Assembly (NCBI GenBank): GCA_000165345.1 | Contig: CM000433.1 | Span: 288,001-352,000 of the forward strand | DNA: 64,000 nt | Reading direction: 5' to 3' | Shown here: positions 9,063 through 18,990 of the stretch, one piece after another | Layout of the letters: every line of letters begins with the position of its first letter | Position numbering within the stretch: position 1 is the stretch's first letter | Position numbers and translations under genes: made by a program | The notes under the pieces: model-generated | The model's input: only the letters and a program-made list of their open reading frames with translations | The model's database searches: none | Told to the model about the DNA's origin: nothing

Positions 9063-12000
9063 CTAAAATATCTTTTTTGGACAGTTAGTATTATATTCTA
9101 TTTGAAGTTCTTCGTTTAATTGAACATCATTGCTCAATTTAAGAGCAGCATTATCCACATAATCAGATAATAGAAAATACTTTAGATCAATTTTAATTCC
9201 AATTTCTATTTCTATCTTCTTAATCCAATTAATTATAAATTTATCCCAAGCCATTTCATTTCTCGAAGATTCGAATTTCTTGATTGCATCTTTGAATATA
9301 TGTTTTGTTACCATGATGCTTTTTAAGTTTGGATAATATTTTGGAAAGAAAGAAGTAATAAATGTGAGGATAGATAAAAGTGCCTCTTCAATCTCATCAC
9401 CACCTAATTTATTTTGGTGTTTAACATACAGCTTATTTGTTTTAAAATCGAATAGAGCAGGAGTATAAAATGATTTTTCCAAGCATTTAATAGAAATATT
9501 CGTATTAGAAACCACTATATTGCTTTTTGAAATTAATTCGCTCCAATTTTTTCTTTTTTTAACTTTATCCTTAATAGATTCTTCATACAGTGGCCCAAAT
9601 ATATTAATAATTATTTCAAAATAAAAGGTTGAATCTAAACTGAGCTCAGTATTAGGATAAATATCTAAACTTAGATCTTCTGAATTCTTAAATAATTGAA
9701 AACAAATAGTATTCCAATCGTGGGTTAGTTCATCAAAATCTAAATTTTGCATATTTAAACTTGGCTGCATAATCGTAAACATGATAGGGGACCATACGAC
9801 TTTTTTTTCTGAAAAAAACCTATATGCAAAATGATGAAATAACATGGAATTTGAAAATATAACTTCATTATTATCTCTAATTAAATCTGCATTTAACCAT
9901 ATACAATAATTATTTTTTTTAATAGTTGGCAAATTTAGTAAACCATATAGAATAGTTTTGTCATATTTATATAGTTGAGTAACAATACTTACATATGTCA
10001 ACAATTGTTTTGAGTCTGCTTCAATTCGCTTTATTTTATATATTTCTATTAAATGAGCGATTAGATGCTTTCTTTCAGGATTTAAGGGAACTCCAAGTAA
10101 TAAAAAGAAACTTAAAATATCATTGATTGAAATACTTAATTTGTAAATATTAGAAAATTGGTAAAACAAGGAGTGGCTTTTTGGTAATATATTCTCATCA
10201 CTCCAATATAACTCCTCTAGATTCTTCCAAATTAAATTCTTGCATTCATCTTGAAAAGGAAACCGCAAATTTTTCCTTAAAGTGTCTAAAGAATTCATTG
10301 ATATGTTTGATTTAGATTCTTTAATTATTAATTCTAGCAATGAAATATATGAACTTGGATTTATTTGATTTAAATTATATAAACTTATTTTGTAGAAGCT
10401 GGGATTATGTAAAGCTTCAATTAATGAACATAAATACTCCAAGCTAATTTCTGTTATAGTAGAAAATGCATCTGATAAGGTAATCGACATGTTTTTTTCT
10501 GTATTATCCAAAATTAAAAAATTTACAAATTTTGATATTACTTTGTGATGCTGAGTATTAGTATATAACGTCAACATTTTTGGTGGACAAAGGTGTTGAA
10601 AAATGAAATTGTTGTTTGATAGGTATTTCGAGACAAAAATTGGATATGATGAAAACTGAAGCTGTACAAATGAAGGCTTTTTTATAATTTCATGAATATT
10701 GATAGACCAATATATTTGAATTTCTTCCCAGAAATCGCAAACACAATTTATTATTTGATTTGATATTGTCGTTAGTGTCTCTTCAAAATATTCATTTCCA
10801 GTATTTTTTGATAACATATCATTCATTATTATTGCCAGTGACTCTATTCCATGACAGTAGAAATCTGTTATTGATATAAAATTTGATTTTTTAACATTAT
10901 AAATAGATTCAATATGTTGATCTATTAACTCACTATTGTTTAACTTACTAACTGACCTGAGATGCTCCTGATAGTCATTTAAATTATTAAATTCAACTTT
11001 TTCAAAATAGAAAGGTAAAATTGACACTCCAAACTTGCTAAAATATGAGTTCCAAAATGATTCATCAGCATACTGGAGATATTTTTTGCTAAATGCGTGA
11101 TAAGAAAAATTGTTAATTAAATCCTCATTTTTACTATCCAAAATCCGTTTAATGTTTTCAATTAGCGAATACTTCTTGCTGGTAACAAATAAATGAAAAT
11201 TTTTTGGTGATATTGGTAATAATTCATCATTTGAGTCAGCTGCAAGTGTCTGTTTATTGCTGGTCGGACTATAATTTGATTTTGCAAGTAAAAAAGTAAA
11301 GAAAATATGATCATCTGTGCTAATGTCGTTGCAGTCAGCAAGACTTTCATAAATTATTTCATAATACTCATCAACTTTAAGGAATGATGGCCCAAGAATT
11401 TGAATAAAATTAATTATCTTGCTATAAATAAATAGTTCATCTTTAAAAAACTCTTTTAGTTGAGAAATAAAGTCTCTCTTAATAAAGTGTATTCCCAACT
11501 TTGAAATTGAGGGCATATCCTCTTCCATAATAAATAACTGTTTTTTAGAATTAGTATCAATTGGTTCTATATATCGACCTTCTTCTGTTAGAAACAACGG
11601 TAAGCGTTTTAGCTTTTGCAAATCAAAATTAATATCTGCATAAGAATCAATTAAATTTTCAATCAAAAGAAAAAGATTAAAATACCATTCATAATTTCTG
11701 CCAAAATAAGAATAATCAGAAATTATTCCTTTAATTATATCAACCAAAATATCTATATTGAATTCAGTTATTCCTAAATCTCTCAATAAAATATTCTCTG
11801 TATTATTTGCGAATGCATTATTAATTAAAAACTTATTAGAATATTTTTTTAACAAATAAGAAAATTCATTAATATTTGGAAAAATATCTAATAATATTTT
11901 AAATGTCCTTGAGTCATTATTTATAAAAACAGAATTTGAAGGTTGTATGAATATTTTTTCGCATGTATAAATACATTTTTCATTTATTAAAGCTTTATTA

Positions 12001-15000
12001 ATTTTGGGAATTATTGGTATGAAAAATTCGTCTATATTATCAGCTTTTGTTGGTAATATTCCTAGAAACGACTTCTTTAATAAATGAAAACCATTTGTTT
12101 CACGTAACTTTGATATTAAATAAATAATTGCATTAGGTATAATTTCGCGAATATAAATGTTCCAATTTGAATCAATTGATATTGATTCCCTAGATGATGT
12201 AAGCTCGAAGTCTGCTTGAAGTATAAATTTCAATCCATATGACCTAATAGGCAAAAATGAAAACACCTCTTTATTGTCATAATTACATTCTCCATCAAAT
12301 GTATCTGATTCGTTATTTATTTCTATTCCAATAGCCAAATTGTTTAATTTTTTATTTTTAACCAAGTTTGAAATATTTTTGGGAATTTCAAAATTATAAT
12401 TCACAATTAAAAATGATTTTGTAATATTTCTATTGGATGAAAGTTTTCGCTTCTTATTTGTGGGATCACACATTATGTGTTTAAAAATATTTACCAAGAT
12501 TAAATCTTTTGAAATTAACTTTTCAGATCTTGTTATTACCGTAACCCTATCATTAGTAATTAGTTTAATTCTTTTTAATTTATTTGTAAATAGGATTATA
12601 TTATCATTTAATTTTAAATCTTCAAAAATTATATCTTCTTTATAAGGGAGCCAAAATTTAGTTTTATAAGTAGAAACTTCTATTTCATACTCATTATGAA
12701 ATTTGTGATTTGGAATTAAATTATATAATTCTTCATCAACCCATTCCGGAAAAATATAGGATCCATGCTTTGAATTTAAGTTGAACTTGAAACAATAGCC
12801 ATTACTAAAAATAAATGGAGTGTTTGTAATTAAAAATACGCTTTTAAATCCGATTCCAAAGCAACCAATTTTCTTTTCATTAAAAACTTTTGAGCTATTT
12901 CCAATATCACAAATTGAACTAATATCTCCTTCAGTAAATCCAATTTCATTATTAATTACAAGCACACCATTTTTGTGAAATACAAAAATAATTGAAGGTA
13001 TTTTTCCAATACAAGAACAATACTGGTTATCATCAGCATTTTGTATCAACTCGAATATAAAGTGATTAATTTTCGTGTAAAGTTTAATTGATAGATTTTT
13101 GCATGATTGATTTATTATACTAGTGTAATTTTGAATTATCTGGTTATAATCTTTATCAAGAGCTTTTTCTGAAATACCAAATTTTTGTTTTTGAATAGAC
13201 AAAATAAAACTTTTACAGTCAAAAATATTTATGGACTTATAGTTTGAACAATATTCACATCTTAACTCTTCAAAAATAAATTCATCTTCAGTAGACATTT
13301 TTACTAAGCATTCATTTTCTTCCAAACTATCTTCAACTTCAAGCGATATTGTTAAGTTTAAAGAATTGCAATAAAACTTGTTATAAAAATCATTTCTGAT
13401 TTTGGAAGGTAAAACCTGAATTAACTTATTTAGTTCAGAAATATTGTTATTTTTTGATATGCTTTCAGATAATGATTTAACAAATTCGTCTCTTTCAACC
13501 TTTAAAACAAAAAGAATTGTCATTAATAAGTAGTCCCATAAGTCCAAATATAGAACTGGAGGGCAAATTCGCAAAATGCAAGAAAAAAAATCAATTAAAT
13601 TAAATGATTTACAAATACATGATGATATATCAGTTCTTAGTATTTCTTTTGGAAATAATTTAATAAAGTTTTCAACTCCATTTTCTTGAATACATCCGCC
13701 TATAAAATAATTTAAAGTGTTAATCTCATTACATTGAGCTATTGAATCAATCATCAAGGAATAATAAGCATGTGCTGTAGAATATTTTTCACTATTAGGC
13801 TTTAAAATTTTATATATGCATATTTGGCAATTATTAATTTTTACGTTTGTTGATTTAGGCTTATTACCATTTTTTGAAAATTTGATAAAATTAAAATGTC
13901 TTAATAACTCGTTATCAATATTCTTATCTAAAAATTCTGTTAACTCTCCATATCTAATATGGTTATTTGCTGAATACCAAAATAAATGATCATATAAATC
14001 AATTAATATTGGTGCTGAATGAATAATTTTTACTAAATTATTTGAGAAAAAACCATCGTTAAGAGAATCATTTAAGCTTGAAATTAATAAGTCAGTCTGA
14101 TTAATTTTAAGAGATAGTAAATCAACTACTCGATTATTTTGTTTTACATTGCTTTCGACAAGAAACGCTTCTCTAGTCATATCTTCAAGGCTTAAACCTA
14201 ATAAGTCTAAATCTAATCCAAATTCCTCTATTAAAATTAAATTAATTGATTCTTTGATAAATTTTTGATCAGTTTGATTTAAATATCTTTTAACCGTTTT
14301 AAAGATTGTATGAAAAAATTTACAATCAAATTGATCAGACTTTTTGCCTAATTTTTCATCTTCAAATCGTAAACAAATACCATATGTCGAAAAAAACTCT
14401 AAAATTCCACTAGTTAATATTTCTTTGTTTGTATTTGATATTGTTTTTTGACTAAAAATCTTACTTAGAACATAAAAAATACTGGTAGAATTGAAAATTC
14501 CTATTCCTTCCAAAGAACTTGACTCTATTGCCTGAAGAAAGTCAATAATTGTAGAATAATCGTTTCTATTAATATTTGATAATGAAAAATTTATCGAGTT
14601 CAATAACGAGTCTACTTCAATCGAATTTCTCATATGATTTGCATAATTAATTGAATTAATAAAATTGTCATCTTTTGTTTTTATTAAATGATATCTCCAT
14701 GAAATTGAGCTTAGAGATTTTAAAATAGCATAAAGTACTCTTTTATATCTTTGTTTTGATTCTAGAGAGAACAGATCTTGATTTTCTAGAAAATTATTGA
14801 AATGAAAAAGTCTATTTATTGATTTCAAAAACAAGTTGAAATGATTTTCTGCCTTATCATAGCATGATGCAAATGAATTTTTTGTATTAATATCGTTTAA
14901 TATTGAATATATGTTAAATATCTCGCGACTATATCTCGATTGAAATTTTTTTGAGACTGCTCTAATATGTGAACAAAATGACTTATCTTTGCTTGGGCAA

Positions 15001-15161
15001 GTACACTCAAAAAGAAGCATATCTACAATTCGATAATCTGTGCTGAATGAGCAAACATTATAAATATCTGGGTCTTTATCACAAAGCATAATGCCATGGG
15101 GGTTTTGAGTAATAATATCAACTTTCTTATTCATTGTTTCGAAAGTTATCACATTTTTCAA
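9063..15161 (-). CDS. Giant (2032 aa) SWIM zinc-finger plus sacsin/NO VEIN-type GHKL ATPase (HATPase_c_3) protein
   Basis: N-terminal SWIM-type motif 'CTCPSKDKSFCSHIRAV'. Central sacsin-repeat/GHKL signature 'FIFELIQNADDN...GCFGIGFKSVF'. Single uninterrupted ORF. Terminates in an A6 run (plus-strand T6 at 9073..9078) immediately before the DUF3883 ORF. Confidence 0.7.
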   Translation of the reverse strand: MKNVITFETMNKKVDIITQNPHGIMLCDKDPDIYNVCSFSTDYRIVDMLLFECTCPSKDKSFCSHIRAVSKKFQSRYSREIFNIYSILNDINTKNSFASCYDKAENHFNLFLKSINRLFHFNNFLENQDLFSLESKQRYKRVLYAILKSLSSISWRYHLIKTKDDNFINSINYANHMRNSIEVDSLLNSINFSLSNINRNDYSTIIDFLQAIESSSLEGIGIFNSTSIFYVLSKIFSQKTISNTNKEILTSGILEFFSTYGICLRFEDEKLGKKSDQFDCKFFHTIFKTVKRYLNQTDQKFIKESINLILIEEFGLDLDLLGLSLEDMTREAFLVESNVKQNNRVVDLLSLKINQTDLLISSLNDSLNDGFFSNNLVKIIHSAPILIDLYDHLFWYSANNHIRYGELTEFLDKNIDNELLRHFNFIKFSKNGNKPKSTNVKINNCQICIYKILKPNSEKYSTAHAYYSLMIDSIAQCNEINTLNYFIGGCIQENGVENFIKLFPKEILRTDISSCICKSFNLIDFFSCILRICPPVLYLDLWDYLLMTILFVLKVERDEFVKSLSESISKNNNISELNKLIQVLPSKIRNDFYNKFYCNSLNLTISLEVEDSLEENECLVKMSTEDEFIFEELRCEYCSNYKSINIFDCKSFILSIQKQKFGISEKALDKDYNQIIQNYTSIINQSCKNLSIKLYTKINHFIFELIQNADDNQYCSCIGKIPSIIFVFHKNGVLVINNEIGFTEGDISSICDIGNSSKVFNEKKIGCFGIGFKSVFLITNTPFIFSNGYCFKFNLNSKHGSYIFPEWVDEELYNLIPNHKFHNEYEIEVSTYKTKFWLPYKEDIIFEDLKLNDNIILFTNKLKRIKLITNDRVTVITRSEKLISKDLILVNIFKHIMCDPTNKKRKLSSNRNITKSFLIVNYNFEIPKNISNLVKNKKLNNLAIGIEINNESDTFDGECNYDNKEVFSFLPIRSYGLKFILQADFELTSSRESISIDSNWNIYIREIIPNAIIYLISKLRETNGFHLLKKSFLGILPTKADNIDEFFIPIIPKINKALINEKCIYTCEKIFIQPSNSVFINNDSRTFKILLDIFPNINEFSYLLKKYSNKFLINNAFANNTENILLRDLGITEFNIDILVDIIKGIISDYSYFGRNYEWYFNLFLLIENLIDSYADINFDLQKLKRLPLFLTEEGRYIEPIDTNSKKQLFIMEEDMPSISKLGIHFIKRDFISQLKEFFKDELFIYSKIINFIQILGPSFLKVDEYYEIIYESLADCNDISTDDHIFFTFLLAKSNYSPTSNKQTLAADSNDELLPISPKNFHLFVTSKKYSLIENIKRILDSKNEDLINNFSYHAFSKKYLQYADESFWNSYFSKFGVSILPFYFEKVEFNNLNDYQEHLRSVSKLNNSELIDQHIESIYNVKKSNFISITDFYCHGIESLAIIMNDMLSKNTGNEYFEETLTTISNQIINCVCDFWEEIQIYWSINIHEIIKKPSFVQLQFSSYPIFVSKYLSNNNFIFQHLCPPKMLTLYTNTQHHKVISKFVNFLILDNTEKNMSITLSDAFSTITEISLEYLCSLIEALHNPSFYKISLYNLNQINPSSYISLLELIIKESKSNISMNSLDTLRKNLRFPFQDECKNLIWKNLEELYWSDENILPKSHSLFYQFSNIYKLSISINDILSFFLLLGVPLNPERKHLIAHLIEIYKIKRIEADSKQLLTYVSIVTQLYKYDKTILYGLLNLPTIKKNNYCIWLNADLIRDNNEVIFSNSMLFHHFAYRFFSEKKVVWSPIMFTIMQPSLNMQNLDFDELTHDWNTICFQLFKNSEDLSLDIYPNTELSLDSTFYFEIIINIFGPLYEESIKDKVKKRKNWSELISKSNIVVSNTNISIKCLEKSFYTPALFDFKTNKLYVKHQNKLGGDEIEEALLSILTFITSFFPKYYPNLKSIMVTKHIFKDAIKKFESSRNEMAWDKFIINWIKKIEIEIGIKIDLKYFLLSDYVDNAALKLSNDVQLNEELQIEYNTNCPKKIF

Positions 15162-15173
15162 ATTAATTTAATA

Positions 15174-15187
15174 TTCCGCGCTAAATA
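15174..15187. promoter_or_regulatory. E2F-like GC motif ATTCCGCGCTAAAT (reverse complement TTTAGCGCGGAAT) in the 42-bp divergent intergenic between ATG 15161 (-) and ATG 15204 (+)
   Basis: It is the only GC-rich element in the 42-nt spacer between two head-to-head start codons and matches the E2F site class TTTSGCGCS. Confidence 0.35.
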
Positions 15188-15203
15188 ATATTTAATATTA
15201 ATC

Positions 15204-16028
15204 ATGAGAGCATATTCGATTATTATTTGTAACGAAAATGATGAAAGCAGTGTTAAAATACTGTCATCCTGTTATTGTCTTTCTAGGTACGGTGAAATAC
15301 CCCCATTTTAAACATTAAATTTGCAAGATTAGATTTTCCTATTTTGAACGAAGTTATATTAAAGAAATTTTTATTTTTATTGTAAAATCCATTACTCCAA
15401 AGGTAAGTAAATTATTATCTTTATATCCAACATATTTTCCATAGCTAAATTCAGGAGTGCAGGAAATAATTACCCATGATGAGTATACAATATTTTCATA
15501 TAAATGGAGTGATGGACTTTCAATATCTATGATATGTGACGATGACTTCCCTGCAAGGTAAGTATGAATTAAAAGACTTAAGTAAAACTATATTCTTTAG
15601 GATTGCATTTTCATCTATATTTGAAGCTTATATGAACATTAAAGATAAAAATCAACATGAATTGTCTTTATTAGACGATAAATTAATTTACAGAACAATT
15701 TTTACAATACTGAATAAATATAAAGTAAGTTGAATAAGTAGTAATTGATACTTCAAACTATTTGAATAGGAACCTCTAATTTCAGACGCAATTACTGAAT
15801 CTCAAATAAAAATTGACAAGGCTCGAGTAAGTTTTTTTTTTCTTAATTTATTCCCTTTCCATTTTATTTTTTCTACAGGAAGCTATTAATGTTTCACTTA
15901 AATCTTTTTTAGATAGAGGAGAAAATTTGGATGAGCTTATACAAAAAAGCAACGATTTGTCTGACTCATCGAAGAAATTATTCAAAATGTCTAAAAAAAC
16001 AAAGAGGCCATGTTGTAGTCTTCAATAA
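15204..16028 (+). CDS. YKT6: Longin SNARE YKT6, 6 exons: 15204..15286, 15333..15402, 15445..15557, 15601..15724, 15770..15826, 15879..16028
   Basis: Spliced product 'MRAYSIIICNENDESSVKILSSCYCLSRFSYFERSYIKEIF...SISMICDDDFPARIAFSSIFEAYMNIKDKNQHE...EPLISDAITESQIKIDKAREAINVSLKSFLDRGENLDELIQKSNDLSDSSKKLFKMSKKTKRPCCSLQ*' aligns along its length with human YKT6 (longin domain, SNARE motif, C-terminal CCxxx lipidation box). Donors are GTACGG/GTAAGT. Introns are 46, 42, 43, 45 and 52 nt. The exon-4 frame matches ORF-track entry 15536..15733. Confidence 0.8.
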
Positions 16029-16118
16029 TATTGCATGCTGCATGTAACTTAATTATTATTGCATGTGCATGCATTCCTTTTTATTTTCGTTTTCAAATAA
16101 ATTGATAGGTATTATTTT

Positions 16119-17313
16119 GTGCAGATAGCAAAAATGTTTTTTAAAGAGAAATCTGTAAAAGAAGTCCCAACTGCTCCAGCTAGCCCTTCGATATTACCGT
16201 TGAGAGATGCCAATCTCCCTGAAACCGTAATAAAGGAAGTCAGCAAAATATTATATTTTGGTTTTGGAGGTTTTTTAACCATTTCAATAATTTCACTTGC
16301 AGTGCTTCAGGCTAATACAAATGCAGTTTGTGATCGGGTAAGTTCTAATAAAAAGTTTAATCGACAATTTTAAATCGTGTAGAATCTCGATGAAACTAAT
16401 GGGTTATCTGCAATATTTTCACTTTCAATGTCTCTGGTCTGTTCTCTCATGCTTTTATTACCGGATCAAAGAGACGCGTTGATCAAGGCATTTAAATATA
16501 ATGAATTTCCTTCCATGAAAAAAATATCAATTTGCAGCTGGGCTAGTATTATTTCGTTTATTTTGGTTCCTGCAGTTGTGATAATGCATGATAGTAAGTA
16601 AAAAGCTATAATTAAAGAATTATAAAAACTTTTATAGTTGGTGGATTCATAAAAATTTCTGAAAGTAACTCTTGTAAATATACTGCACCGGGACTATATA
16701 TTGGTACGTTAACTTAATAATGGTTATATATCTATATTAATAATTTCAGGAACTTCAATTGTGCTGAGCTTTCAATTGCTAATCATACTCTTATTAACTA
16801 TGGCACTTTTTTCCTCTAATTTAATGGACTTAATTAGTTCGCTTCCATCCATAAATTTAGAAAAAATTAATATATTCATTGATCATTTGGCAGGATTTTT
16901 CAGCTATACAAAATCCATATTTAACTGGATGATAAATCAATCAATTGATTTTATAAGAAAGCATTGTTTCTCAAACTGTGCCGAACTATATTCAAAATTC
17001 GTGACAAATTTTAAAAATCTGGGATGTTTGCTTTCTTCAATTACCAGAAAATTTACTGAAGCATCCAAAAATGTTGGCAGCAAGCTTCAAACTTTACTTG
17101 AAAATATTAGTAGGCTAAGCAAAGATACAATTGAAAAAACTAATCTTTTCGGTAAAGAATTGTGTGTCTTTGGAAAAGAAATATTCATAAAAGTCAAATC
17201 AGCCATATTGGCTATAAAAGAAGGATCGGCAGGTAAGTTTTTAGAAGTATATTTGGGACAATTTACCTTTTTTAGGTTTCAACTTAGAGACTATCCCGCT
17301 ATTACCAAAGTAG
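16119..17313 (+). CDS. Polytopic membrane protein of unknown family, 5 exons: 16119..16337, 16383..16593, 16638..16703, 16750..17232, 17276..17313
   Basis: Exons join ORF-track entries 16119..16373 and 16761..17333 through GTAAGT/GTACGT donors and AG acceptors. Introns are 45, 44, 46 and 43 nt. The product has at least 4 predicted TM helices (ILYFGFGGFLTISIISLAVL; LSAIFSLSMSLVCSLMLLL; ISICSWASIISFILVPAVVIM; TSIVLSFQLLIILLLTMALF). The last intron is optional; left unspliced, the ORF ends at 17333. Confidence 0.5.
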
Positions 17314-17392
17314 TATGCAAACTAGTCTGTTAATCATTATATTTAATTAAAAGTATTTGCGCAAATATTTTTTTTCTAAATGCTTTAAATCC

Positions 17393-18457
17393 TCAAGGTA
17401 AAAATGAGTCGGAATTTGCTTCAGCAAAAACAGAAGAAAATTCAATACATTCTTTAAATTCGATGTTATTAATCTGACCCCTACCTAAATTATGCAAACT
17501 TTCTTTATGATAAATCGTCTTATTGCAATAAACTTTTCCAAGCTCATGAATGATGCTTGAGATCTCATGAAGATAACTATTAATATATTGCCAATACTCC
17601 AATCTTGCCAAATTTATTTCACTAATGTATAATTCTGGATATTCTGCAACTTTCCTCCATTTATTCAATAATTGTTTAATTTCAGTGCTAGGGTCAAGAT
17701 CGATATTATTAGAAAAGCAAGATAAATTATTAGATTCTTCCCAACGTAAATTTGATTTATTAATATTGAAACCCTTCCCAAGCAAAGGTTTGTTTTCTAA
17801 TTGAGGTTGAATTAAAAAGTTTTTCGTATTTTCAGAATCGTGTATGCATTTTAAACTTTTTTGTTTGGTTACCCCACTGTTTCTGTCATGTGATGTGATT
17901 ATTTCCAAATTAGTAATTTCGTCATTTTTATTGCCAGAAAACATTGAGCTTTTAGCTGTGTTTTCAGATTCAGAAGTTGTTTTTTCAACTAATTTTACAT
18001 TAGGATATTTGTTTAAATTAATTCCTCTCGTGAAAGGAAGCGTATATATTCTCTCCTGCCTTCTTTCTGCAAGTCCATGAATTAAATGGCAGTAGTAAGT
18101 TTTGCATTCGCCTTTTTGAAATGCTGTGCATAATTCTGACTTATAAATTAACGGATGATAAATTACTTCTTCCATCGAATGAGAATATGGACAATACCCT
18201 CCCCTGTTGCAAAAGTTTGCAACTTTTCCAGTTTCATGATCTAAAATTGTAATATCTGGGCAAATATCAGGTAGATATCTTAATGCAGATCGGTCGGATA
18301 AGTAAAATGGGCATCTTCTTGGCCAGTAAACATTATGAGAATATTGGCATCTTAGTGGGCCGAAATCGCAACCTTCCCTAAGACTTCTACGACATAACTT
18401 AGTCCGAAATCTAGTAAGCTCTTCAATACTCAATAATGCGTTTGCCATAATTTTCAA
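17393..18457 (-). CDS. CCCH-type zinc-finger protein
   Basis: 354-aa ORF with repeated C-x7-C-x4-6-C-x3-H motifs in the N-terminal half (CRRSLREGCDFGPLRCQYSH; CTAFQKGECKTYYCHLIH; CNRGGYCPYSH). The C-terminal half is low complexity. Confidence 0.6.
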   Translation of the reverse strand: MKIMANALLSIEELTRFRTKLCRRSLREGCDFGPLRCQYSHNVYWPRRCPFYLSDRSALRYLPDICPDITILDHETGKVANFCNRGGYCPYSHSMEEVIYHPLIYKSELCTAFQKGECKTYYCHLIHGLAERRQERIYTLPFTRGINLNKYPNVKLVEKTTSESENTAKSSMFSGNKNDEITNLEIITSHDRNSGVTKQKSLKCIHDSENTKNFLIQPQLENKPLLGKGFNINKSNLRWEESNNLSCFSNNIDLDPSTEIKQLLNKWRKVAEYPELYISEINLARLEYWQYINSYLHEISSIIHELGKVYCNKTIYHKESLHNLGRGQINNIEFKECIEFSSVFAEANSDSFLP

Positions 18458-18990
18458 AACCTATTTATGTAGCAATATTTAAATAAAAATCAACTAACAA
18501 CTCATATGGATATTGTCGCTATTAAATAATTGTGTATTGGATTAATACACACGGTCATTTTTTCTTGAATCATTTTCCTTAACCCCTCTTCTTTCAAGTA
18601 TTTCTCCAGCCAATTAAATTTATATATCGTTGCAACGATAAAACCAGTGGCGTGATAGACATAACGTTGAAGATTGAAGTAGTTTAGATTAATAAAATTA
18701 ACGTGATATAAATTAGGAATATGAAATAAAAATAAATGAAATATAGCCTAAGTATTTATTGAATAGATACCTCAGCTCTTCTCAACTCAAGAATTTGAAA
18801 ATATCCTACTATACTTGGCTTTTCAACTTATCTTTTTGAATTTAATGTCATAAACTTGACGTGATATTTATCTTCATTTACTTTTTTCTACAATTCGTAG
18901 ACTTCTAGCATATTATATTTGATTATTCTTTTTTTATTAAATTAATTTTTTCTAACAAAAAAATAAGTTGCGGTATTTGCTCTAATACTG

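Noticed and set aside
17233-17333. An unspliced C-terminus for the membrane-protein gene (ORF reading through to 17333, ending ...VVCKLVC*)
   Set aside because: A perfect GTAAGT donor at 17233 and a 43-nt intron (the modal length here) ending in TTTTTTAG give an alternative, shorter C-terminus (…GFNLETIPLLPK*). The spliced form is slightly preferred, but both are listed as uncertain.
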